DNA of 64,000 nt from an uncultured delta proteobacterium (GCA_963785725.1 CAWAWS010000009.1:76314-140313), one strand, 5' to 3'. Shown: positions 23,552-37,395, numbered from the stretch's first letter. Numbers and translations: made by a program. The notes: a model not told the origin generated them from the sequence alone.

Positions 23552-24772
23552 CTACGCCGGCGCCGCGCGATATTGCAGCACGGGATTGGCCTTCTGCGTC
23601 AACTCCTCGAGGTTGGCGATCTCCAAAATCCCGCGCCGCGACAGATATTCCACGTGCGCCGCCGCTTCTTCCAGCGCCAGCAGCCGCGAATAGCCGTGCT
23701 GCGGGCCGAAGAGCCCATCGCAGATCGCCGTCGTCGTCTTGGGCTCGACGCACAAGTGGCGCACTTTTTCGAGGCGCGCCTGATGAAACGCGACGATCTC
23801 GCCGATGCGCTCGTTCAGCTGCGCAATCGGCTCTTCGTGACCGGGCAGCGCCAACTCGATGCCTTGGATGTGGCGAAACTTCTCCAGCGACGCCAAGTAG
23901 TGATCGAGCCCGGTCCACGGCGTGATGCTCTCGGGCGACTGATGCGGCGTGATGCGCGGCAGCACGTGATCGGCCGTCAGCAAGACGTTGTCGACCTGCA
24001 TGCAGATCTGCCCCGGACAATGGCCCGGCGCGTGATGCATGACGTAGCCGTTGACGCGATCGCCGTCGACGAGCGCGCGATCGATCGGCACCGACTGAAA
24101 CAGCCGCTTCGTAAAGACGTACATCTCCTCCAGCTCGCTGCGGCTCTTTTCGTCGAGGCCGGCGCGCTCCAAGAACACGCGCACGCCCATCGCCGCGACG
24201 ACGATGCGCTCTTCGAAGCGCGTCAAGACGCGCGCGTCGAGCTCGTGCGCGTGGATGCGCACGCCGCGCGCTTTCCAGTGGCCGACGCCGCCGAAATGAT
24301 CGATGTGGCCGTGACTGACGACCAGATCGTCGACGGCGTCGAGGTCGATCGACTCGTCGAAGACGTCGCGCAGGACCGACTGCGCGCGCACGAAATCGTC
24401 CCGCGACGACGCCGTCTGCGAGCCGCAGTCGTACAGTGTACGAAACCGGCCATCGCGCACGAGATAGACGTTGTTGACGTGATCGGGGAAGGTCTCGACG
24501 GCGAGCTGATAGATGACGACGCCGGCCGCCGACGCGAAGCGGCGCACGCCGGCCACGCCGAACGCGTCGCGATAGGCGGCGCGGTCGCCCTGCCCTTCGG
24601 CCAACAGCGCCAGCTCGTCGACGCGATGCGCGGCTTCGGCGCCGACTTCGACGGCGAGGACCTCGAGCGCGCGGCGAACGTCGTCGCCGCCCGGTTGCGC
24701 GGCCCCGCGCCTGAACAGCGCCAGCTCGAGAGCGTCACGCTTGCGTCGCAGCTCGTGTCGCAGCTTGGCCAT
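23552..24772 (-). CDS. MBL-fold metallo-hydrolase
   Basis: SHGHIDHFGG, PGHCPG, ADHVLP, LPGH. Confidence 0.9.
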   Translation of the reverse strand: MAKLRHELRRKRDALELALFRRGAAQPGGDDVRRALEVLAVEVGAEAAHRVDELALLAEGQGDRAAYRDAFGVAGVRRFASAAGVVIYQLAVETFPDHVNNVYLVRDGRFRTLYDCGSQTASSRDDFVRAQSVLRDVFDESIDLDAVDDLVVSHGHIDHFGGVGHWKARGVRIHAHELDARVLTRFEERIVVAAMGVRVFLERAGLDEKSRSELEEMYVFTKRLFQSVPIDRALVDGDRVNGYVMHHAPGHCPGQICMQVDNVLLTADHVLPRITPHQSPESITPWTGLDHYLASLEKFRHIQGIELALPGHEEPIAQLNERIGEIVAFHQARLEKVRHLCVEPKTTTAICDGLFGPQHGYSRLLALEEAAAHVEYLSRRGILEIANLEELTQKANPVLQYRAAPA

Positions 24773-24887
24773 GCGTCATCGTAGAGGCGCACGCGTCACA
24801 AGACAACGACGTCCCGCCGATTGCCGCGACCAGGGCTGCGCAAGCTTTGCCGGCAACAGCCCGACCACGAGTGTTATCTTTGCCGTC

Positions 24888-25906
24888 ATGGCCGAGAATT
24901 CGCTCGTCATCGGGTTCGATCTGGGCGGCACGAAGATGCACGCGGCCGTCGTCGATGCCCAAGGTCACGTGCTGCACGAGGAGCGACAAAAGACGCAGCC
25001 GCAAGACGGTCCGGTCGCGGTCGTCGACCGCATGATCGGGCTGTGCGTGCGGCTGCGAAAGGAGCTCGGCGACCGCTCGGGCGAGCTCGGCGCGGTCTGC
25101 GTCGGCGTGCCCGGCGCCGTCGACGAGTACAACGGCATCGTCGAGCGCGCGCCCAACCTCGGCTGGCAGAACTTGGCGTTGGCGCAGCGACTATCGAGCG
25201 CGCTCGGCGTGCCCGTCTTCCTCGACAACGACGTGCGCGTGGCCGTGCTCGGCGAGTTGGCGTACGGCGTCGGCCGCGGCGCCAAGACGATCGTCGGCAT
25301 CTTCGTCGGCACCGGCATCGGCGGCGGCGTCGTCGTCGACGGGCACATCCACCAAGGCGGCCGCGGCGTCGCCGGCGAGGTCGGCCACATGACGCTCCTG
25401 CCGCACGGTCCGCGCTGCGGCTGCGGCAAGCGCGGCTGCGCCGAGGCGTTGGCCAGCCGCACGGCGATGGAGCGCGAGGTGCACCGCTTGATCGATCGCG
25501 GCTGGGATTCGGTGGTGCCCAAGATCATGAAGAAGCTGGGCCACGATCGGCTGACCTCGAGCGTCATCGACAAGGCGCTGGCGAAGAACGACAAGGTCAT
25601 GCACAAGGTCATGGAGGAGGCGCAGTATTATTTGGGCCTGCTCGCCGGCAGCGTCGCCAACCTGCTCGATCCCGAGGTCATCGTCATCGGCGGCGGCGTG
25701 GCCGAGCGGCTGGGCGAAGCGTTCGTGGCCCCGATTCGCGCGCACGCCTACAAGCATTTTTTGGCGCAGCGGGATCGCGAGAAGGTGCGCATCGTGGCGA
25801 CCGAGCTCAAAGATCTGGCGGCGCCGCTGGGCGCGGCGTTGAGCGCGCGCGATCGGCTCGCGGCTCGTCTTGACAGCGCGCCGGCCGCACGCCACGGTAC
25901 GCCACC

Positions 25907-25928
<22 letters not shown>
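24888..25928 (+). CDS. ROK-family sugar kinase (glucokinase-like)
   Basis: GFDLGGTK, LDNDV, GTGIGGG, GEVGH, CGCGKRGCAE, IGGGV. Confidence 0.93.
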
Positions 25929-26717
<789 letters not shown>

Positions 26718-26718
26718 C

Positions 26719-27379
26719 ATGGCGATCATCGTCGATCCCGAGGTCGAATCCTATTTGGTGGGCCTGCACAAAGGCCGCGATCCGCTGCTGCTGGAGATGG
26801 AGAGCCGCGCCGCCGAGACGAACTTTCCCATCATCGGGCCGCTCGTCGGCCGCTTGTGTCAGCAGGTGGCGCAGTCGATCAACGCGCGCGACATCTTCGA
26901 GATGGGCTCGGGCTTCGGCTACTCGACCTGGTGGTTCGCGCACGCCGTCGGCGAAGGCGGCCGCGTCGTGCACACCGACAACGACGGCAAGCGCTCGGCC
27001 GAGGCCAAGCAGTGGCTCGACAACGAGCGGCATGGGCGCGCGCGTGCATTACGAAGTCGGCGACGCCATCGAGGTCATCAAGAAGTATCCGGGCCCCTTC
27101 GACATCGTCTTCATCGACATCGACAAGCACGGCTACCCCGAAGCGCTGGAGCTGGCGCGATCGCGCGTGCGCGTCGGCGGCTACATCATCTGCGACAACG
27201 CCTTGTGGTCGGGCAAGGTGACGCAGCCGATGGCCAAGCAGGACGCGGATACGCGCGGCGTCTTGCGGTTCAACAAAGAGGCGTTCGCGGCGCCCGATCT
27301 GTTGACGACGATCTTGCCGCTGCGCGACGGCGTCGCGTTGGCGCTCAAGGTGTCGACCGACTCCAAGCGGCGGCGGTAG
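26719..27379 (+). CDS. O-methyltransferase (family 3), one apparent frameshift near 27025
   Basis: FPIIGP, FEMGSGFGYS, FDIVFIDIDK, DNALWSG, LPLRDGV. Confidence 0.88.
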
Positions 27380-27382
27380 CGC

Positions 27383-27858
27383 GTGCGGCGGAGCTATCCG
27401 GAGCGGCCGGTGGTCGCCGTGGGCGTGATGGTGCTCGACGGCGATCGCGTGCTGCTCGTGCAGCGGGCGCGGCCGCCGCAAGTGGGCACGTGGACGGTGC
27501 CGGGCGGCAAGGTCGAGCTGGGCGAGACGTTGGAAGAGGCGGCGTTGCGCGAGCTCGCGGAGGAGACGGGCTTGTCGTGCGCGCTTGGGGCCGATCGTGG
27601 AAGTGCTCGATCGGGTCGTGCGCGACGATGCGGGTACGCGTCGAGTACCACTTCGTCATTTTGGACTTCCTCGGGACCGCGCCGACGGGCGTAGCTGACG
27701 GCGGCGTCCGATGTCGCCGACTGCGCGCTGGGTGGCGATCGGCAGACCTCGGCGACTACGAGACGAGCGATGGGCTGCTGCCGGTCATCGAGCGGGCGCG
27801 AGAGCTGCGCGACGGCGGCGGGCGCGGCGGGCCGGCGCGGCTGACGGACCGAGCGTAG
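27383..27858 (+). CDS. NUDIX hydrolase (apparent frameshifts)
   Basis: Nudix box PGGKVELGETLEEAALRELAEETGL; YHFVILDF in a shifted frame. Confidence 0.85.
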
Positions 27859-27905
27859 GCCGCGCGCGGCGGTCGCGCCGCATCACGCCGCGCCGCGGAT
27901 CGTCG

Positions 27906-29073
27906 TCAGCGTGACGACTCGTAGCTGCAGCGGCAATCGCGCTCGGCCGGCTCCACGTACGTCACCACTTTGTTCTCGTAGTTGCGCAGCGTCAGCTGTT
28001 GCGGCCCCCACGTCAGCAAATAATTGGGCCCGATCGGAATCTTCCCGCCGCCGCCCGGCGCATCGATGACGAGCTGCGGAATGCCCATCCCCGTGATGCG
28101 CCCGCGCAGCCGCTCCATGATCTCCATGCCCGCGCCCACCGGCGTGCGCAGATGATCGGTGCCCTTGCACCGGATCGCCCTGAAACAAGTAATAGGGCTT
28201 TACGCGCATCTTCAACAATAAGCGATTCAGTCGCTCGATAATCGGCGCCTCCGAGTTGATTCCGCGCAGCAACACCGTCTGATTACCCAGCGGAATTCCG
28301 GCATCTGCGAGCTTATTGCAAGCCGCGATGGCCTCTTCCGTCACCTCTTTCGGGTGATTGAAATGGGTATTGATATAGAGCGGGTGATAACGCTTCAGCA
28401 TATTGCACCAGCTCGTCGTCGATGCGCATCGGCAGCGCCACCGGCACGCGCGTGCCGATGCGCACGATGTCGACGTGCTCGACGGCGCGCACCGACGAGA
28501 CGATCCACTCCAGCTTCTCCGTCGACAGCGTCAGCGGATCGCCGCCCGAGATCAGCACGTCGCGGATCTGCGGCGTCGCGCGGATATAGTCGATCGCCGC
28601 TCGAGCTGCTGCGTCGAGATGACGCCGTCGTCCTGGCCGACCAGGCGGCGGCGGTTGCAATGCCGGCAATAGACGGCGCAGCGATCGAGCGCCAGCAAGA
28701 GCACGCGATCGGGATAGCGGTGCACGATCGACGGCGCCGGCGACAGCCCGTCCTCGCCCAGCGGATCGACGTATTCCCCGCGCGCGACATGCTCCTCTTC
28801 CGGCCGCGGCACGACCTGCATGCGCACCGGACAATCCTCGCGCTCGGGATCCATCAACGCGGCGTAATACGGCGTGATTCCGACGCGAAAGAGGCTGGGC
28901 GCGAGCGCGACTCCCTGCCGCTCGGCGTCGGTGAGCTGGACGAACGCCTCCAGATCTTCGACGCGGGTGAGGCGGTGACGCAGCTGCCATTGCCAGTCGT
29001 TCCACTCGGTCGGGCTCGACTGATCGCGGCGGCGCGCCTTGGGCGCCGCGCGCCCGAGCGACATCAACATCAC
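27906..29073 (-). CDS. KamA-family radical SAM (lysine 2,3-aminomutase-like), apparent frameshifts
   Basis: [64 protein letters not shown]. Confidence 0.92.
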
Positions 29074-29140
29074 GCGGGGATAGCCGACGGCGGCCCGGGA
29101 GTCAACCGCCCGGGCCGCCGATCGTCAAACTAGCGAAGGC

Positions 29141-29721
29141 TTACTTGTCGGCGAGGCAGGCGGTGTATTCGGTGCTGCAGGTGCCGCAGATGATGGAATC
29201 GGCGCTGGTGCAGCTGCTCTTGTTGCTGGTGATGGAGTCGGCGATGCAGGCCGTGCACTCCGGGCTGCCGGCCGCCGACGCCATGTCGGTGCTGCCGCCG
29301 CCCGGCGGTCCGCCGCCGCCGAAGCCGCTGCCGCAGGGCTCGGTGCCGCTGTCGGGATGCGTGTAGCAGGCTTCGCGCTCGCAGGTCGTGACCGCCTTGT
29401 AGAGCGTGCGGCCGGCCTTCGTCACCATCGCGCGCGCAGCTGGCCAGGCAGGTCTGCTGCGTTGCCGGTCGTACACGCGGCGATGCAGGCGACGTATTCC
29501 GAGCAGCCGAGCGTCGCGCCGCCGTCGCCGACCGTGGCTCCGCCGCCGCCGGCTGTTCCGCCGCCGCCGGCGCCACCGCCGCCGGCCGTTCCACCGCCGC
29601 CGGCCGTTCCACCGCCGCCGGCCGCGCCGGACATATCGGCGCCGCCGTTGCCGTTGCCGTTACCACTGCCGCCGCAACCCATGATTGCGGCCATTCCGAG
29701 AATCGTGATCAGCTTCTTCAT
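29141..29721 (-). CDS. Gly/Cys-rich lipoprotein (apparent frameshift near 29450)
   Basis: MKKLITILGMAAIMG-C lipobox, GGGGTA repeats, multiple CxxC clusters. Confidence 0.7.
29540..29625 (-). repeat. Coding 18-bp tandem repeat (GGGGTA)n
   Basis: ccgccgccggccgttcca units. Confidence 0.7.
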
Positions 29722-29826
29722 CTTCGAGGTCCCCTCCGTCGGGCAGCCGTCGAAGCAAGCCACGCGCCGTTACGACGATCCTCGACCAAACGACGCAATT
29801 CACCTGACTGACACTGTTTAATCGGG

Positions 29827-31143
29827 TTGCACACCAGATGGGGCGCCGACTGGGAATGCAGTTACCAGCGCGTTGTGCGACGGACACGAGGCGCTACACC
29901 CCGCGCCGCATGTGTTATTGCAGGTGCGTGCCGTCGGATCTGCACGCTCGATCCCGTCGCTGCCGCCGCGCTCGTTCGCGACGAGGCGCGCGCGCTCGGC
30001 TTTGCGCGCATCGGCTTTTCGCCGGTGGCGCCGGTCGCGCGGCACGAGGTTTACCGCGACTGGATCGCGCGCGGTTACGCCGGCGACATGGGCTACCTCG
30101 ACGAGCGCTCGGACGCGCGGCGTGACGCGACGGCGCTGTTGCCGGGCGCGCGCACCATCGTCTCCGTCGCGCTCTCGTATGCGCACGCGGGTGATGTTCC
30201 CGTCGAGCGGCTGACGCGCGGCGCGCACGGCACCATCGCTCGCTACGCGCGCGGCGACGATTACCACGTCATCCTGAAGGACAAGCTGCGCGCGCTCGGC
30301 GCCGCCATCGTCGCGCGCGCCGGCCGGCCGATCGCGTGCATGCCCTGCGTCGACACGGCACCGCTGCTCGAGCGCGAGCTGGCGTCGGCGAGCGGGCTCG
30401 GCTTTCAGGCCAAGAACACGATGCTGATCGTGCCCGGCGCCGGCAGCTTCCTCGTGCTCGGCGAGCTCTTGACCGATCTCGCGTGCGCGCCGGGCGAGGA
30501 TGACCTGAGCGCGCCGCGCTGCGGCCAATGCCGGCGCTGCTTGGACGCCTGCCCGACGGGCGCCTTCGTCGACGCCTACACGCTCGACGCCCGCCGCTGC
30601 ATCGCCTATTTGACGATCGAGAATCCGGGGCCGATTCCGCGCGAGCTGCGTCCGCTCATCGGCGATCGCATCTTCGGCTGCGATATTTGTCAGGATGTCT
30701 GCCCCTTCAACGCCGGGACGCCAGCGCCGGGCGCGCCCGAGCTCGCGCCGCGGCCGGAGCATGAGCGGCCGTCGCTGACGCGGCTGATGGCGCTCGGTGC
30801 CGCGCAGTTTCGCAAGTGGCAGCGCGGGAGCGCGCTGCGGCGCATTCATCGGCCGCAGCTCCTGCGCAATGTCGCGGTGGCGCTCGGCAACGTCGGAGGC
30901 GTGGACGAGCTGCCGGCGCTCATGCAGGCGCTGGGCGAGCCGTGGCCGCTCGTGCGCGCCCATGTCGCCTGGGCGATCGCCCGCATCGTCGGCCGCGACG
31001 GCGCGCGGCTGACGCGCGTCGGCCACGCCGCGCTGGCCGCGCTGCTCGCCGCGGCAGTCGCGCGCGAAGCCGACGCCGACGTCCGCGCCGAGCTCGACGC
31101 AGCGGTCACGGCCGTCGCCAGCGTCATCGTCACCCCCGCGTAA
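29827..31143 (+). CDS. queG: Epoxyqueuosine reductase
   Basis: ARYARGDDYH, VDTAPLLERE, CGQCRRCLDACPTGA, DARRCIAYLTIE, FGCDICQDVCP; true start probably near 29928-29950. Confidence 0.95.
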   Translation: MHTRWGADWECSYQRVVRRTRGATPRAACVIAGACRRICTLDPVAAAALVRDEARALGFARIGFSPVAPVARHEVYRDWIARGYAGDMGYLDERSDARRDATALLPGARTIVSVALSYAHAGDVPVERLTRGAHGTIARYARGDDYHVILKDKLRALGAAIVARAGRPIACMPCVDTAPLLERELASASGLGFQAKNTMLIVPGAGSFLVLGELLTDLACAPGEDDLSAPRCGQCRRCLDACPTGAFVDAYTLDARRCIAYLTIENPGPIPRELRPLIGDRIFGCDICQDVCPFNAGTPAPGAPELAPRPEHERPSLTRLMALGAAQFRKWQRGSALRRIHRPQLLRNVAVALGNVGGVDELPALMQALGEPWPLVRAHVAWAIARIVGRDGARLTRVGHAALAALLAAAVAREADADVRAELDAAVTAVASVIVTPA

Positions 31144-31389
31144 AGCAGCGGGCAGTCGTCATGCTCGCCGAAGCGTGCCTGATCATGCGTTGCTGAGCTT
31201 GGGGGCGTGCGTGGCTGCCGAGCGCGCGCGCCCGCGATAAACCAACCACCGGCGTGCCTGACTGTGAAGATGGCCGATTCCGGCGGAGCGGCCGCGCACG
31301 CGGGCACAGCCCGCCCGCGCGCAGCCGCCATTCCGGCGGCCACTGAATTCCCGACCGCCCAACCGCCCGCCGGCGACCGCCCGCCGCCG

Positions 31390-33057
<1,668 letters not shown>

Positions 33058-33095
33058 TCACCTGCGAGCGTCTCAATCAGCGAGGAGATGAGGTC

Positions 33096-33257
33096 ATGAA
33101 AAAGCTGATGCTCGCCGCTCTCGCGCTGCTTCCGTTGGCTGCTGGTTGCTACGTTCAACCTTATCCGCGCGCCTATTATCCGCGTCGCGGTTACGTCCGC
33201 GTCTACGCGCCGCGCCCGGTCGTCGTCGCGCCGCCGCCTGCTCGCGTCTACTGGTAG
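33096..33257 (+). CDS. 53-aa Tyr/Pro/Arg-rich small lipoprotein (absent from ORF track)
   Basis: GAGG RBS; MKKLMLAALALLPLAAG-C lipobox then YVQPYPRAYYPRRGYVRVYAPRPVVVAPPPARVYW. Confidence 0.8.
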   Translation: MKKLMLAALALLPLAAGCYVQPYPRAYYPRRGYVRVYAPRPVVVAPPPARVYW

Positions 33258-33354
33258 TCGTCGCTTTTAACGAAAGCGCGCGCTGCCGCGTCCTTCAATC
33301 CACGTCCGGAATCGTGATATCGTAACGCGACCCTAATTTCGCGAAGGAGATCCT

Positions 33355-33939
33355 ATGCGTCGTTATGTACTAGCATTCGTAGCTGCTCTATTCCTGTTCG
33401 CGCCCGCGTTGGCTCGAGCGCAGGTTCCCGGCATCCGAGTCGAGATCGCGCCGCCGGCGCCGCGCGTCGAAGTGCGCCCGATGGCGCCGTCGCCGCGTCA
33501 CGTCTGGATCGGCGGTCACTGGGGCTGGCGCGGTGGCGCCCACGTCTGGCTGCCCGGCCACTACGCGTTGCCGCCCGGCGAGGGTTACCACTGGGTCGAC
33601 GCGCGCTGGGTGCCCGAAGGTGGCCGCTACCAGTACTTCGAAGGTCACTGGGCGATGAATCAGCCGCAGCAGCCGACCTACGTCTACGATCCGGGTCCGC
33701 CGCCGGCGCAGGAGACGATCGTGCAGACGGCGCCGCCGCCGGACATCGTCGAAGTGCGCCCGGCCGCTCCGTTCGGTGGCGCGGTCTGGATCGGCGGCTT
33801 CTGGCATTGGAACGGCACGCGCCACACGTGGGTCGGCGGGCACTGGTCGGCGCCGCGCGCGGGTTACCGCTGGGAAAGCGCGCGCTGGGAGCGTACGCCG
33901 CGCGGCTGGGTCCATCGCCCCGGCGGCTGGCGCCGCTAA
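33355..33939 (+). CDS. Secreted YXWGXW/WxxGxW-repeat protein
   Basis: AAGGAG RBS, signal peptide, repeats VWIGGHW, VWLPGHY, VWIGGFW, TWVGGHW. Confidence 0.88.
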   Translation: MRRYVLAFVAALFLFAPALARAQVPGIRVEIAPPAPRVEVRPMAPSPRHVWIGGHWGWRGGAHVWLPGHYALPPGEGYHWVDARWVPEGGRYQYFEGHWAMNQPQQPTYVYDPGPPPAQETIVQTAPPPDIVEVRPAAPFGGAVWIGGFWHWNGTRHTWVGGHWSAPRAGYRWESARWERTPRGWVHRPGGWRR

Positions 33940-34049
33940 GCAGTCGTTCGTCTCGGTAGCACTCGCGTCCGCGTTCGCCTGAGCGCGCTCGAATCCCCGC
34001 AAATCCGACCAGCCGCGAAATCAGAAGCGCCGATGGCGCCGACGAAGGC

Positions 34050-34565
34050 TTACGCCAAGTAGCGTTTGCGGGCGGCCATCGCTTGGCGGAACTTGTCGGC
34101 GTGCGAGCCGGCGGCCGCGCGCGGCTCGGCCGTCTTCGGAAGCGGCGGCGGCGACGGTGACGACTGACGCTGCGGCAGCACCGGCGCCAACACCGGCTTC
34201 AGCGCCGACGGCGTCGCGACGATGGCCGGCGCCACCTGCGTCGCCGGCGCCGCAGCCTGGGGCGACGCCGACCGCGCCTCGCTCTCCGCCAAGATCGCCA
34301 CCAGCGACCGCTCGATCCGCTGCATCTCGTCGGCCGACCGGCGCGCGCCCAGCTCGGCATCGCGAATCTTGGCCAGCTCGAGCCGGAGCTTCCACTCGAG
34401 CTCCTCGCGCCGCTCATCGGCGCGCGCGACGCGCTCTTCGTATTGCTCGCGGATCGCCTGCATTTCCTCGGCGTTGAACGACTCGCCTTGCGTCTGCGCC
34501 TGTTTGCGCAGCGCCTCGTACTCGGCTCGCGTGAGCGTGATGAGCTCGTCCGCCCGCATCCGCAT
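34050..34565 (-). CDS. Coiled-coil hypothetical protein
   Basis: Start inferred at MRMRADE after GGAAGGGG; E/R-rich heptads then Pro-rich tail. Confidence 0.6.
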   Translation of the reverse strand: MRMRADELITLTRAEYEALRKQAQTQGESFNAEEMQAIREQYEERVARADERREELEWKLRLELAKIRDAELGARRSADEMQRIERSLVAILAESEARSASPQAAAPATQVAPAIVATPSALKPVLAPVLPQRQSSPSPPPLPKTAEPRAAAGSHADKFRQAMAARKRYLA

Positions 34566-34745
34566 GTGTGTTGCCCCTTCCTGAACCGTCACGCGATGCA
34601 CCGCCCATGCCGCAGTGCTGCCATACAAAGATCAACTAGTTACGCTAGCGCGGTGGTTCCCGTGGACCCCAGCGGCGACGAGAGTAGTCTCCGATTTTCG
34701 GACAGCCGTTGCGCGCGCGGTGAAGAGGCGTTAAGCCTCGCGTAC

Positions 34746-35669
34746 ATGCCCACGCCCGCCGTCGAGACCGTAGCGCTGGCCAAGCGTTACCCCAAAGTGG
34801 AGGCGCTCGCCGGCGTCAACTTGTCCATCGAGCCCGGCGAAATCTTCGCGCTGCTCGGCCCCAACGGCGCCGGCAAGACGACGTGGATCTCGATCGTCTG
34901 CGGCATCGCGCGGGCCACGTCGGGTCAAGCGCGCGTGCTCGGCCACGACGTCGTCACCGATGCCATGGCGGCGCGTCGCGTCGTCGGGTTGGTGCCGCAA
35001 GAGATCAACTTCGATCCCTTCTTCTCGCCGCGCGAAGTCCTCCGCTTTCAGATGGGCTACTTCGGGGTGCCGCCGTCGGACGATCGCATCGACGAGCTGC
35101 TCGCGGCGCTGGCGCTGTCGGACAAGGCGGACGTGACGTCGCGCGAGCTGTCGGGCGGCATGAAGCGTCGCCTGCTCATCGCCAAGGCGCTCGTGCATCG
35201 CCCGCGCGTCGCCTTTCTCGACGAGCCGACCGCGGGCGTGGACATCGCGCTGCGTAAGGATTTGTGGGCCTACGTTCGTAAGCTGCGCGCCGAAGGGACG
35301 ACGATCGTGTTGACGACGCACTACCTCGAAGAGGCGGAGGAGCTGGCCGATCGCGTCGCGGTGATCGATCACGGCAAGCTCATCACCGTCGACAAACCGG
35401 AGGCGCTCATGCGTCGGCACGGGAACAAGCGGGTGCGCTTCACGCTCGCCGAGCCGCTGGCGGTGCCGCTGTCGGCGCCGCTGCTGGCGTTCGGCGCCAC
35501 GCTCGACGACGCGCGCACGGCCATCAGCTGTCCGCTCGAAGGCGACGCCAGCGCCGTCATGGCCGCCGTCGCCGCGATGCCCGGTCGCGTCGTCGACATG
35601 CGCACCGAGCAGCCGTCGTTGGAGCAGGTCTTCCTGGCGCTCACCGGCAGCGCGCACGGTGCGGCATGA
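34746..35669 (+). CDS. ABC transporter ATP-binding protein (YadG-like)
   Basis: GPNGAGKT, LSGGMKRR, LDEPTAGVD, TTHYLEEAE. Confidence 0.95.
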   Translation: MPTPAVETVALAKRYPKVEALAGVNLSIEPGEIFALLGPNGAGKTTWISIVCGIARATSGQARVLGHDVVTDAMAARRVVGLVPQEINFDPFFSPREVLRFQMGYFGVPPSDDRIDELLAALALSDKADVTSRELSGGMKRRLLIAKALVHRPRVAFLDEPTAGVDIALRKDLWAYVRKLRAEGTTIVLTTHYLEEAEELADRVAVIDHGKLITVDKPEALMRRHGNKRVRFTLAEPLAVPLSAPLLAFGATLDDARTAISCPLEGDASAVMAAVAAMPGRVVDMRTEQPSLEQVFLALTGSAHGAA

Positions 35670-36427
35670 ACACCATCGGATTCAAGACGCTGATCGTCAA
35701 AGAGACGCGGCGCTTCCTCAAAGTGCCGGGACAGACGGTGGCGCAGCCGGTCATCACGACGGCGCTCTACTTTCTCGTGTTCGGCTTCGCGCTCGGTGGG
35801 CAGGTCAAGCAGCTCGACGGCATCCGCTACGTGCGCTTCATCGTGCCGGGCCTGGTCATGTTGTCGCTGATTCAGAACGCGTTCCTGAACACGGCGTCGT
35901 CGATGTTCATCCACAAGATGCAAGGCACGATCGTCGACCTGCTGGTGGCGCCGCTGTCGCCGATGGAGCTGCTCGGCGCGTTCACGCTGGCGGCGACGAT
36001 ACGCGGCATTCTCGTCGGCGGCATCGTCTGGCTCGTCGCGGCGGTGTTCACCGGCTTCGGCGTCGTGCATCCGCTGTGGACGATCGCGTTCGCCGTCTTG
36101 GTGGCGATCGAGTTCTCGCTGTTCGGGCTCGTGGTGGCGATCTGGAGCGACAAGTTCGAGCAGCTCAACCTCGTGCCGACGTTCATCATCACGCCGCTGA
36201 CGTTCTTGGGCGGCGTCTTCTATTCGGCGCGCATGCTGCCGGAGCCGTGGCGATTCGTCACCAAGCTGAACCCGATCTTGTACATGGTCGAAGGGCTGCG
36301 CTTCGGCATTCTCGGGCAGGCGAACGCGTCGCCGTGGCTCGGCATCTCGCTGACGATGACGTTGACGCTCGTGTCGGGCGCGATCGTGTGGGGAATGCTG
36401 AAGACGGGCTACAAGCTGCGGAATTAG
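35666..36427 (+). CDS. ABC-2 permease (YadH-like)
   Basis: ATGA overlap; FIVPGL, PLTFLGGVFYS, LNPILYMV. Confidence 0.93.
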   Translation: MNTIGFKTLIVKETRRFLKVPGQTVAQPVITTALYFLVFGFALGGQVKQLDGIRYVRFIVPGLVMLSLIQNAFLNTASSMFIHKMQGTIVDLLVAPLSPMELLGAFTLAATIRGILVGGIVWLVAAVFTGFGVVHPLWTIAFAVLVAIEFSLFGLVVAIWSDKFEQLNLVPTFIITPLTFLGGVFYSARMLPEPWRFVTKLNPILYMVEGLRFGILGQANASPWLGISLTMTLTLVSGAIVWGMLKTGYKLRN

Positions 36428-36430
36428 TAG

Positions 36431-37300
36431 CTACTTGTCCCAGTCGCGATGAATGTCCTGCGTCTCGCCCGGCTTCAGCGTCACTTCGATCTTCTCGCGC
36501 CGGTTCTTGCCTTCGTTCACCAGCTCGATGACGTGCTTGCCCGACGGTAGCGAGTAGTCGTTGATCGGCGTCTGCCGCAGGCGCTGCTTGTCGACGAACA
36601 CGATCGCCCACGGGCGCACGGCGATCGAAATCGTCGCCGTTCCGGCCGGCTCTTTCGGCTTCGTCGCGCTCGAGTGATGCTCGTGATGCGCCGCGACCGG
36701 CGGCGCGGCTTCCGGCGCCGGCGTCGGATCGGCGACCGGCGGCGCGGCCGGCGTCGGCGCGACCGGCGTCGCCGGCTGCAGCTTGACGTTGAACGGATGC
36801 TCGCCCTCGGCGACGTAGACTTCCTCTTCCTTCGTCGTAAAGCCGTCGGCCATGAACGTCAGCTTGAGCGTGGCGCCAATCTCGCCTTCGACCACCGTCG
36901 GCGTGAAGCGCGGATGGCGCCGCCCGTCTACGAGGATGCTGGCGCCCGTCGGATCGGAGTTGACGCGCAGCTTGCCCGTCGGCTTGACCACGACCACCGG
37001 CTTCTTGTTGCGCGGCATCACGACGTTGGCGCCGAACACCGTGCCCGTCGCCACGACGGCGGCGATGATCGGGCCCAGCACCCAACGTCCCCACGGAAAC
37101 GCGCGGCCGACGGGCGGCTGCGTCGTGGCCGCGCTGCGACCGGGCGCCGCGACCGGCGCCGGATGTGACACCGGCACTTGTGCGGCGTCGAGCATCATCG
37201 TCGACTGTCCCGACAATGGCGCAGCAGACGGAGCGCGTGGCGGATCGGCGACGGTGGAATCGTCGAGAAAGAGCGTCTTCTGCTTCTTGTCGTCAGCCAT
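36431..37300 (-). CDS. Membrane-anchored PEGA-domain protein
   Basis: Disordered N-terminus, TM helix, PEGA 'VNSDPTGASILVDG..FTP' and 'PWAIVFVD..QTP..LPSGKH'. Confidence 0.82.
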   Translation of the reverse strand: MADDKKQKTLFLDDSTVADPPRAPSAAPLSGQSTMMLDAAQVPVSHPAPVAAPGRSAATTQPPVGRAFPWGRWVLGPIIAAVVATGTVFGANVVMPRNKKPVVVVKPTGKLRVNSDPTGASILVDGRRHPRFTPTVVEGEIGATLKLTFMADGFTTKEEEVYVAEGEHPFNVKLQPATPVAPTPAAPPVADPTPAPEAAPPVAAHHEHHSSATKPKEPAGTATISIAVRPWAIVFVDKQRLRQTPINDYSLPSGKHVIELVNEGKNRREKIEVTLKPGETQDIHRDWDK

Positions 37301-37365
37301 GTTGGATGGGCCCGTTTGCGACAGCGAGCCGCTCAGTGCCGGCATCGTATCGCGTTCGCGGACGC

Positions 37366-37395
37366 TTGACGAGAGGTTCAGCCAGGCGGTACGTT
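37366..37395 (+). promoter_or_regulatory. Sigma70-type promoter of lipoprotein-lipoprotein-kinase operon
   Basis: TTGACG-18 bp-TACGTT. Confidence 0.55.
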
